A stretch of DNA of 64,000 nucleotides from Microbotryum violaceum (Eukaryota), in assembly GCA_001244265.2 (NCBI GenBank), contig CDLV01000005.1:868001-932000 (forward strand). The letters are read 5' to 3'. The notes beneath the pieces are model-generated. The model did no database searches. It was not told where the DNA came from and saw only the letters and a list, made by a program, of their open reading frames with translations. This document shows positions 12,779 to 25,421 of this stretch, piece by piece (position 1 is the first letter of the stretch; every line of letters begins with the position of its first letter). Made by a program: the position numbers and the translations under genes.

Positions 12779-15395
12779 ATGCAATTTCCCAAAGCGAAGC
12801 GCTTCGCATCCCCAACACGTAAGTCACCCCAAGATTCAGTTCTAAGTGTTGACCGCGCCCACAAGCTGACGATGCGCAACCGCCTGGGCGCCTGCTATCA
12901 CGCGGTCATGTGACCCCAGCGGACGATGTCCCTCCCGTCGGCGCGTATTCGATCGAAGCACCCCTGGATCCCAACTACAAACGAGGTCCAATGCGTCTGA
13001 CCGACAAGAGATTCCATGACCCGAATGTACTACAGCAACCAGGTATGTTCGCACCTCCGCCGGGGCTCTGCGAGACTGCGACAATGCGCCGCCATCTGAT
13101 GTTGATTGACCTCTGTTGCTGATCCACCCCGCGCGATGACCGTTCCGGAGCAGACACCTTTGGCTTGTATAATCCAGCGGATAAGGAAAATCCGTTGAAA
13201 CGACCAAGATCGAGCGCAGTGGCTGGAAACGGGTTGGAACGGATGAAGCAACAGGTACGTCGGCATAGAACTCTCACGGCGCGCCCGTTTTCGCCGAGGC
13301 GTCAAATTTGACGGCCCCGAGATGTGCTTCCCGCGTCGAATCCAGATGGACGAACTCAAGGCACGGATATCGAATCAACATGAGAAGGAACTGGCCAAGC
13401 TGCAGGGGAAGATCTCGCGATTGGAAGCTAGTCGAGAGGAAGGGGTCAAGGAACGACAGGAGATGAGCAAGGAGTTGTTGAGCCTCAAATCGGAGCTGAG
13501 TGAGTGGACCAAGATCTCTCTTTCTCTTAATGCAAGAGTGCCAACTCATCGTTTCCCTCGCAGGATCCACAACAACGCGCGAACAAACCCTCGCGGGCAA
13601 ACTCGGCAAAGCCGAAGCGTCCCTGTCAAAATATCAGACGCTCTTACCCACACTGCAGACGAAGCTCGATCAATTGACGACGTCACATGCCGATTCACGC
13701 AAGCGCAAGGACGACGAGATCACCGAGCTCAAGGACAGAATTGAGAAGAAGAACCAAGAGTTGAGCGCCGCGAAGGATGAGGCGAAGGAGTTACGTAGGG
13801 CTGTAAGGGAGGAACGATGGGCCAGGCAAGAGATGTCGAGGGTCGGGGAGAAAACAGTGCGAGAAATTCGAGAGAGGACGCGGTTGTCATCTTTGGCGGA
13901 TCGACTAGAGCATGGCAAGATCATCGCGACACTCCAAGCGGATCTATTGGACAGGGAGAGCCGTCTCGAGGAAGAAGCAGCTTACAGCGAGGAGCTTCGA
14001 CAAGAGCTCGAGTTGGCGGAAGAGCTACTCGAGGATGCGCATCTCGACCTCGAACGACTGATGGCAGAGCGGGCAGGAGATCGACAGGAAACGCGCGCCG
14101 AAAAGGACTGGCGACAGCGAGCAAGGTCGGATCAGCGCGACGCTGCGGGCCTTCGCAACGATGTTGCCCATCTCGATCGATGCATCGAACTCGACCAACA
14201 ACGCGCTCAGGCTGCCACATGGCTACACGATACGCTCTACGCCGATCTGCGCGCCCAGATCTTGGAACACGAGAAGGAGCTCGAGATCGTCGAGGGCGAG
14301 TTGGACATGGCGCTCAACGACGAAATCCCGCGGTTAGAAGAGGCTTGCGACCTCGCGAATGAAGGACTTGAGGAGATGCGTGATCGGGTGCTCGAGCTGC
14401 AGGAGACGCTGGGCCAAAAGGAGGGCGAGGTTGAGGAGTTGCAGGCACGCGCGATCGCCGAAATTGAGCGATTCGAAGGCTCGCTCGAGGAAGAACGACG
14501 ACGTTATGCGGACAAGGAGAAGGAGGTCGAAAAGGAACGGGCTGAGAAGCGACGGATCGCTTCCTTGTTGGGCCAAGCCCGTTCTGCCGAAGCAGCGCTC
14601 GTAGAGGAACGCGACCTTTTGCTCGCCGAATTGCACGAGGCCGAGAGCCTGCGAATGACGCACCAGAACCTTGTGGCGAACCTCGACTATTTGGCTCGCG
14701 AGAATGCAGCGACGCGCGAGGATAATGTTCTGCTGGTCGAGCAGAATGCGGAATTGGCGAGTCATCAAAACTCGAGGCAGAAGATCCAGGTCCACGCTGC
14801 GACGAGGGCACAATTGGCTGACTCTAGGAGGGTGAGTTTGGACGCCAAAGCTGATTCCAAGATTTTCCTAACGATTGATGCTGCTATTCGTGTCCATGAC
14901 CAGGCACATCTCGCGGTCACGTCCAAGCTGGCAACTTCCGAGGCTCGCATCGTTCAGCTCCAGAGCGAGCTGCAAGCCTACAAATCCGTGTCGTCGCTCC
15001 CCTTCACGACAACCTCGACGATGATTAAGAGTACGGGTCGGACAAAAGTGACTCGACCTGTCCTTTTGCCTCTTGAGGACCTACCCCCTACACCGACACC
15101 GATGGCTTCGATCCTAGGCGACTCGCAGTCGATGCCCCCTCCAAGACTGCCCATTCCCAGGTCGACGGTCTCGTTCGCGCCAAGCAACATGTACGGTGAT
15201 TTTGAGGCGTCTTCGACAGAAGGACCTACTTTGGTGGCTAGTTCGCGCGCGGCGAGTCGCAAGACACGGCGGTTGACCCTCATCGCGGATGAAGAGGACG
15301 TGCGACCCAGCGAGGACGGTGGTTCGAGGTCGAGAAGAATGAGCAACGGTGGTGTTCGGATGACGGGCAAGATGAGTCTGAGTGAATTAATCTGA
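12779..15395 (+). CDS. HMMR/RHAMM-like long coiled-coil protein
   Basis: The spliced N-terminus is MQFPKAKRFASPTPDDVPPVGAYSIE...KRGPMRLTDKRF. It is followed by ~450 aa of E/K/R/L-rich coiled coil and a C-terminal NAELASHQNSRQKIQVH resembling the HMMR_C/KIF15-tail motif (LxGHQNxxQKI). Confidence 0.7.
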
Positions 15396-15996
15396 TACTG
15401 GAAGGTGCATATTCTGGCGCTCTTGGTTTGTGCCTGTCGCCGTTTAGTTCTGGACTGAGGGTTTTGTTCGATTTTCTCTCGCGCGACGCGTGTGTACAGT
15501 TGTGCCTTGTTGGCGTTCGTTGAAACAGTGGAAACGTGATGTAGATATTTCGCTAATCGCCACGAGCTAGCATCTGGTCTGATCGGCACGACCGGCACGG
15601 CTGCGGTTGCGGCCGACGCGGCCTGTTGGGAATCCGGATAGGAGCTAGGGTTCGCCAACTGGGTGTCCCCAAGCGGATGGAAAACAAAGACTCTTGAGAG
15701 CATGAATGCGGTTTCTGCCGTGCGCCGAGGGTTTGCGTCCATTCCCTCCATACGCCATAAGCAAACCCGTCGAAGAGTCGTGCTGTCCGAACGTGCTAAT
15801 TCAAGTGCCCCCGCGCAGCTTCTACTCCGGCACTCACTCGCTCTTCGTAAATCTGGCGCTCACTCGAGAGGCGCGTCGCACCCAGTTGCGCCTGCATTCT
15901 CTCTCTCCCGCTGCTTACAACATCGCAGTCGGCCACAACACAAACTTGGTGGCAAAACACGACGCTTGGCCCAAGGTGAACGAGTGACGACGTTGC

Positions 15997-18900
15997 ATGT
16001 CGAGTCCACCCATCATCACGTCCTCCTCTCGATCGACGCTCGACAGCTCGTCCCAGCACGGCCCAGCAGCCTCAGCCTCAGCTTCGGCACCAGCAGCCCA
16101 GCCCACCGCGCCGGCAGTGATATCGCGCGACGAGCTCGGCAGCGAGGACGGCGCCTCGAGCGACGATCCGCTCGACGTGCTGCCCCCTTCGTCGTCCAGT
16201 CCGATCGCACTTCACAAGCCATCCGTTTGTGCATCTCGTCATAGCAACAGCCAAGACCTTTCTCCTTCGCTTGCACTCAACAGCGGTCGTGGGAGGAGTA
16301 GGACCCGGAGCAGGAGCAGGAGGAGCAGCATGTCGTCGTTGAGTTCGCTCGACTCGGAGCCAGACGAGATGGAGACGCGTCGAATCGATCACGAAGGCGC
16401 CCTCGAAGGCGCCCATCCTGGCTCGGCCAAGACCAACGGAGCACGCCGTAACATCTTTGCGAATGGGCATGGATCGTCGTCCAAGAAACGCGCATCATCG
16501 CCGTCCCACTTTGGCTTCGTCTCACCCAAGCGCCGCACAACCGAGGCCATCACGTTCGACGATTCTCAAGACGAGATTGACGAGCTCGAAGACGACGACG
16601 ATGACAACAACACGGGGCGACAGGCCGACGACGAAGAGATTGACGAACTGGATCAAATCCAAGGCACGACTTCGATCAGCCACGGCAAGTCCAAGACCAA
16701 GGGCAAGCTTGTGGCGGTAGCATCGTCTTCAAAGTTCAAGGCCAAGGCGACAACAACCGCGGTCAAGGGCCAACAAAACGCCTCCGACGATGGAGGCAAG
16801 CGGGTCTACTGTCACCAGGTGCGTGTTTAATCTAATTTCGATCCAATTTCAATCACGATGAGCTCGTCAGGATCCTAACCATTTCGTGCAGGATCACCAA
16901 GCCCACGATTCGCTCAAGGAGACCATGTGGAGATGCTCGGCTATAAAGGCCTCCGCCAAAGGGTCCCATCGGGCGTGCGGTCTCTCCTACTGCGAAAAGT
17001 GCCTCAAGAGTCGCTACGAACCCGAAGCGAGCGGGATGAACGCCCCGGGAGCTCGAAAGAACTGGTCGTGCCCTCTTTGCCGAGGCATCTGTGAGTTTGC
17101 GAGTGCCAGGCGGCGCTCCGAGTTGGTGTGAGCAAAGCTAATCGTGCCGGATTCTCGCTCTGCTAGGCAATTGCTCGGTGTGCCGCAAGTGAGTGTTGTC
17201 GAACCCGCATCGAGAGACTCCAGGTGACGCGTATTGACGCAGCGTGACTTTGCCGCTTCTCAGGAAGCAAAACTTGGCTCCGGTGGGCTACCTCAAGTCG
17301 CAGACGGAGAAAGCCGTCGCAGAGGAAACCGAGAAGGCTGGAAAGCCCAAGAAGGTCGGTCTGAGCAGCGCCATGCATGTACTAGTGTCCTGGACTGCCA
17401 ATACTGATCGTGTACGTCACAACAGGAGAAGAGCGTCAAGAGGAAGGCGAAGCCTCGCGTGGAGAAAAAAAACGAGGCTGGGCAGCAACCGGGGTCCAAG
17501 AAGCTCGGCGCCTCCACAAATGGCAAGCCCACCAAAGGCACCGCAAAGGCGGCCAAGACGAAGGAGCCCAAGGCCTCACAGTCCCGCAAAGGTGTTCGGG
17601 GCCCATTCTCGATGAATGTCGACACCGAATCTTCCTTGTCGTCGCTCTCATCAGACGAAGACAAGCCCTCGGCCACGACGGCGGGCGCTGCCGTGGTCGT
17701 ACCCGTCAAGCGGCGCAACCCTCCTCCGCGCGCGCCCAAATTTGTGCGGCCGCCCAAAACCTATCCTCTCACGCGATCGACGGTCATCCCTTCGAACGGC
17801 TTGCTCATGGCTCGTCTTCACCTGAGGTCGTTCATTCTTCGTTTCAGCGGTTTTGCCCCAGTGCTCACGACCGAGTCGGCCAAAATTCGATCGGTACTGG
17901 GGGCCTTAGCCGATGATCGCGATGGGTGGGTATGGTCGCGGGAAGGCGATGTCGTACAACGATTCATGCTTCAGGCGCTGTGCGAACTGCTCGACCAAGA
18001 GGAGGAAAACATCGCAACCGAGGAAGGCAGCGCAAAGCTACTGCGCCGTCTGGCGCGCGAGGCCATCGGCAGCCAGATCGAAAAAGATCGAGCTTGGGAC
18101 ACGTTGCGGGAGATCGTCGAGCAGGAGAACGTATGGGATGATGGAGGATGGGGCGAAGAGGTGGTCAAGTGGGAGGCCGAGCGCGAAGAAGCTGATCGGG
18201 TACAGTTCGGTGGCCAGAGGGAGACCCGAGGCAGGCGAGGGGAGACGGGTCCGGACGAACGCTTGGCGCTGATGCTCGCTCTTGTGGAGCTTGCCTACGC
18301 TGCTGAATGCGTGCGGAAGGACTTCACTGACGTGAGTATCAGAATACCTGGCTTGTTCGAGCATCGTTCGATGATCGTTTCCGCTAACACTTTTCAATTT
18401 CCTGGTCGCGCGAGCAGGGCGTCGAAGCGGAGAAAACAGCGATGGTGACCCACAACCGATCGAAGTTCCAGTACCGCCACGATTGCGAAGACCGTCGCAA
18501 AGCAATCCTCGCCGAGAAGCCTGAGAAGCCCAAACTGCACATCGACGACATGCTGACGGACAAGGATCAAGCCAAGCCCAACCACGATCGTGAGCTCGCG
18601 GAATGGGCAGCCAAGTGCGCCGACATCGACGATCGACTCAAGGAGGAGGAGAAGAAGTGGCAGAAGGAATTGAACGAGATCCATCGCGACGTCTACCTAG
18701 TCACGGCCGAGAACCGACTGAGGTTCGCGCCGACGGGAACCGACGTGCACGACAACCAGTACTGGCTGATGTGCCCCTCGACGGCGTCCAAATTCCCCAC
18801 CGAGGCGGACCCTGCTACGGACGACTACCCGTTGTCATGGTCGATCCTTGTCCATGGCTCGCCGTTCTCCGAGATTGATCCCGTCGCAGATGCTGCAAAC

Positions 18901-19287
18901 GGTAACAAGGGAAAAACGATCGCCGCTCCACCTCCTTCCCCTCCCCCGACTCCCGACACGGTCGCGTCGATCAACGCCTCCCGCGTCGACCACAAGGATT
19001 CGTGGTTCGTGGTCACCGACCCGGAAGAAATGATCCAGCTCGTCAGCCACCTCGAATGGCAACAAAAATGGGCCGAATACGAGGTTCGACTTGCTCGACA
19101 CGAAAAGTCGGACGCGGGGACTCGCAGCCTCACGCCCTTGGGTGGCGAAGACGACGAGTCGACGGTCAAGAGCATCTCGGACCTCGTCGCCGAGTTGAGG
19201 ATCTTTGCTGATTACGTGGCTGCGGAGAAGGAGGACGCGATGAACGGGAACCGCAAGGCTAGAAAGAACAAGAAAAGAAGGTTTTGA
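15997..19287 (+). CDS. zf-4CXXC_R1 (CDCA7-like) protein with WHIM/WSD-like motifs
   Basis: Spliced Zn finger YCHQ/DHQ...WRC...CGLSYCEKCLKSRYE...WSCPLCRGIC/NCSVCRK/K...APVGYL. Downstream are RLHLRSFILRF, WHIM1-like PDERLALMLALVELA and WSD-like RLRFAPTGTDVHDNQYW. Confidence 0.8.
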
Positions 19288-19456
19288 GTTTGATATGTTT
19301 CGTGGATGTTGGGTCTTTACATTAGACGCTTGTTGTTATGGACGCGCGATCATGACCGACCCCATAGGAATGTTGAAATCATCGTCACCATAACAACGTT
19401 TTGCACAAAGTATGCAGTAGCGGGCAGGATGATATTTCAATCAACCAAGTGGTGCG

Positions 19457-21709
19457 TCATACCGTAGCTGTAACTTCATTCAGAGGGGTCTGCGTCGTGT
19501 CTGATGCGACTGCATCAGACGGCAATGGGGTCCCCATGCCTCCGCCATCCCTCTTGCGAGTCAACTTGCCCAATTCTTCGAACCAATCATCCACCTCCTT
19601 GTTTCCTCTCCGTTTGCCCAAATACGTCAATCTCCTCAACCGATGCTTGACGAGCAAGATCCTCGCCAACAAGACCTGACTCTGCTTCCTCCTGACCCGA
19701 CTCCTCATCGCCCCCAATTCCTTGGCCATCTGTGACTTGTTCGCGCGGGGCCCCGCCGATGGATCGCCCGCATTGTGCGTATGATCATGTAACTGCCTCA
19801 TCCGCTTCGACAACCGAGTCTCCTTCCTCCGTACATCCCAATAATTCGTGTAAATGTTGGAGTCGAGTTTGACAAGTTCGAGCATGGCGAGCATGCGCTT
19901 CCTCTCTGCATCGAGTCGATCGATTTGATGCGCGACGCGTTGGTAAAGCGTCGCATCGACGTCTTCGCGCAGTTTGGTCGATTGGAGCAAGGTCGTCAAG
20001 CGCGTCGATTGCGCGTCCATGAGTTGTAGTACTCGAATCGATCGTTTGCGTAGGAAGCGTAGGGTGACGTGATCGTAGTTTTGGCGCGCGTGGCGCACCA
20101 TGGACTGCAAGATCGTCCAGGGGATGGTGTAGCGTCTCGAATCGGCCGTCAGCGGCAGCTTGATTGAGAGTTGCGACGAGGACAATGGAGTTGCTGTAGA
20201 ATTTGATTCGGACAGGGCTGTTCCAAAGACGAGTTTGTTAGGATATGCCTGCGCAGCTCGTATTCATCTCGAGCACTCACTCTGCTCCGGCGTGATGACC
20301 TGCTCCAATTCTTTAAGCTGGGCGTCGACGATCAGGGACCACCGCTTGTACAGCTGATAAAAATAGTGTCGCATGATGGCGCCATTGCCAACTTGTCCAG
20401 CGAGCTCGATTACGAACGCAAAAGCATGCGGCCCAATGGGATGCGGCCCGGGGACGACGGGTGGTTTCGCACCTGCTGTGTGTTCGGGTGGAACGCTGAC
20501 CGCCGGTGTCGGTTTTCTCCCGAACGAGAACGAGTTGGCGAAAAATTGGACAAAGGAGCCGCCCTCCATACCCTGGTCCGGCAGCGATGGCACCGGTAAA
20601 GGATCGTCGAAAGATTCAAAGACGGCCATCATGGAAGAGAGGTCTCTGCTCTCCAACAGCATCTCGAGGATGAGCGCAACTTGCTCCTGCCCGATCGGTC
20701 TTCGCCCCGGTGCAAACTCGATCGGCGCGCCGGGCATGTCGATGTCAAAGCCATAGACGGCTTTAATCGTCGAAGAAAAGACGTGCGAGTTGCCGCCTCG
20801 GATGCAAATGCGCAAAAAGGGTGCGAGGCAGGCGTCGGTCCACTTCGGATTATCGGCCAGCTCTGCGAGCATCTCCATCGCCTTGGGCACGAGCGGTTGC
20901 GCTGCGGTACGGGCGAGTCTCTTACCTCCGTCGACCTCGTGCATATCGATCCAGCCGACCATGGTCTCGAAGATGCGTTTGTAGTGCAATGGCCTGAACT
21001 TGAGTCCGGACGCGATCGACTCGTCCCAGACGCGCATCGCCGCCGGGGCATAGTTGAGCATCTGGTACGCGGTCGCCATGGAGACAAAATCGCCCTTGAG
21101 CATCTTGGCCTCGGGGTCACGCTGGGCGATCCTCATCCTGATGAGCTGCACCTGGCTCGAGTAGGCGTTGGCGAGTTGGGTCGCTTCGTGCACCGAGAGC
21201 GGAGGCGCGGATTTGGCTCGTCGCGGCACTTCGATCGCCCACAGCAGTCGGTGCAGCTCCTGCAGCGGGAGGAGATACGTCTGCCCCTCCGCCTCGAGCT
21301 GGCGGAACAGTGGCCAGACCCTGGTCGGGTTGGGCATGTCGAGCTGGATCTCGTGCAGCAGGTCGCGGGCGGTGGTGGTGGTCGTGGTCGGCGCCGCGCT
21401 TGGTTCGGGTCGTGCTTGTGCGTTGACCGGCTGCTGCGCCTGCGACGAACTGGCGTTAGCGTTGAGGGTCGAGTTTGAGGCGAGTGAGAACATGTTGCGA
21501 CTCCAACTATCGGTCCATGTGCTTGACGAGGTGAACTGCTGATGGTGTGACGTAGACGAGGACGAGGACGGCGCCGTGTTGAGCAGGTTCGCACCGGCTG
21601 CGACCGAGAGATGGCGTTGAGCGAGGGCGGCACTCGTCGCAGCCGCTGCAGCATGCGGTGACTCGGTCCACGAGGCCAGAGGCACCAATCGTCGAGCAGC
21701 CCGCTTCAT
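19457..21709 (-). CDS. Probable mitochondrial helical-repeat (PPR-like) protein, 2 exons
   Basis: Presequence-like MKRAARRLVPLASW, PPR-like helices (DFVSMATAYQMLNYAPAAMRVWDESIASGLKFRPLHYKRIF) and a basic coiled C-terminal exon. The intron donor is at ~20280. The family call is tentative. Confidence 0.55.
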
Positions 21710-21958
21710 GCTTTGCGGGGAAATGGGTGTCGAAAGGGAGCGTCCGGGCAAATGAACGAAGGAGCTGAGCGCGAAGGGTCCGGACCGGACCCGGGTACGA
21801 CGGAAACAAAATCCAAGTTGGGGAAAACTGAGCTCGGACCTCTCGCCAATCTCTCGGCTCGGCGGCTCGGAGGGCGCCGCGGTCTCTTGATCACTTCGGA
21901 TCTTTGTTGCAAGATCAACACGAACATTGCACCACATCGACTACACCAGCCCTTCAGC

Positions 21959-24868
21959 TCAACCCTCGTACCTCTTCCTCGTCAAATCGCGCGTCGCATC
22001 CTTGACGCTCGCCCCCGAACGACTAATCGCCAATGAAGGCACAGGCTTGGCCGAGCCCAGACCCGCACCCTGAGCGAACGAACTAGCCATCACCGGCGCC
22101 GAACGACCTTCGCCCGTCGCTCCCAAGCCAGCACCTTTGCTCCAACCCTGAAAAGGACAGCCAAATCAGCACCAAGAAGTGCGTCAGGCCCGTATACTCC
22201 GGACAAGAACGTACCATCTTTTCCAGCATCTTGCTCCCGACATTCGTATCCTGGATGCCGTCGTTGTTGGGCTGCACCAATTCCTCCCTCGGCGGAGGGC
22301 CCTCGAACTTCTTCTTCTCCCTCGTCTCTCGCTCAGGTTTTTCCGGTTGATGAAAGTGTTCTCGTCGCGCAGCCGCCCGATCAATGTACTGAGGCGACTT
22401 GGCTGCATCGGCTTTGGAAGCGACTGCAGCGCGTTTGGCGATGTTGTCCGCCTTCATAGTCGTCGCACGAGAGACGAGTGCGGGATCAGAGAGGTTTGTG
22501 AGATGCAGTTTCGACAATCGGTTGTGCTTGTTGATCTCTTCGAGCGACTTGAACTGGCGGGCACAGAGCAAGCAGATCTTGCTGACGCTGTCGCCGTAGG
22601 GAAGATCGTCCCCGGGGGCACTGGTAGAGCTCGATGATGGGGCCGTGGCCGGACCTGGCTGCGCCACCGCGAGGGCCTTCATGCTGGAGGCCGGTTTTGA
22701 AGAGATTACTTTGCCAGCAGTGTCTTTCCCTCTCGAGGTGGCCTGCTCTGGCTTCGGCGTCGGTCGCGCAGGCTCTGATGAGGTAGGGTTCGTTTCAAAG
22801 ATGTCGATCGCCTTGAGCTCGGCCTGCTTCTGTGACCATTTGTCCAGGTGAGACGCCATCTTTTTGGCGACGATCGTCTCGCCGCTCTTCTTCTCCTTGC
22901 GGACTACAAGACAAGACGAATGCGGCATCAGTAGACTGTTAGTCGGGTGAGACAGATGCACAAAGGAGAGCTGACCTTGAAGGTTGGGTCCGATCCCCGC
23001 CGATTTGTCCCACGTAGTTGTTGACAAGGATGCCTTGGCGCGAGAAGTGGAGGTACTAGTACTAGCCTGCCCAAGGGCAGTGGGAGCACCTTCTGATTTG
23101 GAATCAGAGATGACGGGCTTTGACGTCGATCGTTCCGGCGGTGTCGGCTCAGCAGCGAATAGCCCGGGCGGCATCTCGGCAGCGATTGAGGACAGGAACG
23201 CTTCCATGTCCGCCTCGGCTGGGTCCATCTCCTTTTCCACTTCCACATTTCCTTGCTGCGAGGTCGATGCTGCACCTCCGCCCGTGCGCAGGGAAGTAGC
23301 CGGTGGTATCCAGTGCGTGACGAACGACTTGTCGTCCCAGTAGGTCAATTGCTGTCCGCCGTCACCGTTGAATGACCACTCGGATTTAGCGTAGATGGGT
23401 ACGAAAGAGTTGTCGTGGCAAAAAGATACGGCGGCAGCAACTTTCCGTATACGGAACCCTTGCGGGTACGAAATCGGGTTCATGACGCTCGCCATGACTG
23501 AATTCGCAAGCTGTTCAAGGCGAGGCCGAAGAATGAGCGTTACTCTAGATTCCGTCCTGGAGCATGGCGCTCTGCGACTCACTGAAATATCCTTGAACTT
23601 GACGAACGCAAAGCCCCAATTACTCCTCGTTGCCTTTTCTCTTGCCATCATGATCTTGACGATCCCACCGCATTCCCTGATCGCTTGGCCTGCCACGCCC
23701 TCGAGTCCCGCCAGTGCTTTCCAAATCTCATCCTCCGAAGTCAAAGCGTCCAATTTTCGTAGCAAAATGAGCGAGTTGTGCGTTGTGCCGATATCCCTCG
23801 TCCCATCGTTGACGTAGACGCCTTGTTGCGGTGTGTTGGCCCGCCCTGGCAGGAGGCCGTCCCTGCGCCGATCTTCGTTCCACCGTATTTCGGCGCCTTG
23901 CTCGTTCTTGTGCCCTCCCACCTTGGAAGCAAAGTTGACCCTGATTATGTACTCTGAAGTCCCCGTCGCGACGACCTCTCGATTCGGCACCCGATCGGTC
24001 CAAAGGATCCCTCGTTGAAAGTTGGGCTCGACGACCGACCTCGCATGTTCAACCGAGGCGAACTTGCCAAACCCATACCGCCTCGATTGGCCGGTCGAGC
24101 GATCAACGATGACGTTGGCCGATTCGACCGAGGTGGTCAGGGATTGGATCCATTGCAGCAGGGCTTCGTCCTTGGCGTAGGGGGGGAGGCCGAGAAAGAT
24201 GACCGAAGGCGAGGGCGCGTTCATCGGGACGGGCGGGCGACTCGATAGGCCATCACCTCGTCGCGAAGGGTCCCTTGGGGGTGGAGGGTACGGAGCATGT
24301 GGATCCATGCCACCGGTCGGATAGGTATACCCTCGGTCGTCGGTTGGGTGATCGTACCGTTCAGCCCCGGGCACAGTGGGGCCCCTCGCGGGGACATAGC
24401 CACGATACTCGTCCCCGTGGTAGTGCATCGACGGCGGCTCATACTGCGCAAATGAAGAAAGGTTCTGACCCCCAACGTCAATGCCAGGAAAGGAGGATGG
24501 ATCAGGAGCAGTTCTGTTTCGCCCTTGTCCTGACCTCGATCCGACTTCGTTTGGCGCCGCGGCGATCGTAATCGTCGTCATAGTCTACGGGATCTCGATA
24601 ACCCTGGTGGTCGTTGCCGTGATGGAAGGCACCGTTGTATGGGTCAGGATACGCTTGAGTGTGCGGTCGTGCCGGTCGTGCGCCTTGTTCATCCCGGCGC
24701 CGGTCGTCGCGGTCATAGCGATCCCGAGACGACACCGCGATCGAGCGACCACTGCTCGGGGGATCTTGGTTGCCGTAGTACCTGTGAAGGGAAAGAGTGG
24801 AACTTCAACACAGTGTTCATGGTATCGGCAGCCCCCGAGACGCTGTTTGGCGGGACGTACGGCAGCAT
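21959..24868 (-). CDS. RBM5/RBM10-like RNA-binding splicing regulator (2 RRM, C2H2 finger, G-patch)
   Basis: The first exon is ATG CTG CC|GTACGT, followed by an RD-rich N-terminus. RRMs are SVIFLGLP...SRRYGFGKF and LILLRKLD...NWGFAFVKF. Then come CLLCARQFKSLEEINKHNRLSKLH, YIDRAAARR and G-patch NVGSKMLEKM/GWSKGAGLGATGEG. Stop TGA at 21959-21961. Confidence 0.9.
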
Positions 24869-25367
24869 TCTGTGTCGTGCAGGCCAATGTGCAGCTGCAG
24901 CTTTGCCTTTCGCGAAGCAGACCTCTGCTCAGACCGAGTCATCGCTCGCGCCGCTGCAGTGTTATGTATGAGCTGGCTGTCGCGGAGTTTCGGCTAATTG
25001 TGGCATTCGCATTTATCAGTATCCGACTGCATAATTTTGAATCGGGCCATATATTAGGACGTAGATATTCTAGTGCTTTGAAATCTTCAGAAAAGTTGAG
25101 GTCCCGGTTCGCGAATGTAAAGAGAACGAGAAATCGCTAGACTATATACAGTCTTCGCTAGAAACAGTCTCAGTGATCAGCGCGCGGATGGGCGGACGGC
25201 CGGCGACTTGCCGTCGACTGGGCACGAGCACCAAGAATCAACCTATTCCCCACGAGGCCTCCCCGCTGTGACTGTGTGGGCCATCGACTAGCCGTCATTC
25301 GTCGGAGTCGTCCGTTCGCTCGTCGTGTCTCGTGACCGTGTGAGCCGTGACTCCCGCCGTTGATCGT

Positions 25368-25403
25368 CATCGCGTCATCGCGTCATCGCGTCATCGCGTC
25401 ATC
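25368..25403. repeat. (CATCGCGT)4.5 tandem repeat just upstream of the orphan gene ATG
   Basis: Seen directly: catcgcgt catcgcgt catcgcgt catcgcgt catc. Confidence 0.9.
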
Positions 25404-25421
25404 AGCCGTCGGTTCGAGCTG

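Noticed and set aside
14978-15751. Long antisense or alternate-frame ORFs (this 257-aa ORF, 20681-21478, 7254-7895 and others)
   Set aside because: These are shadows of real genes in GC-rich DNA, with no recognisable motifs.
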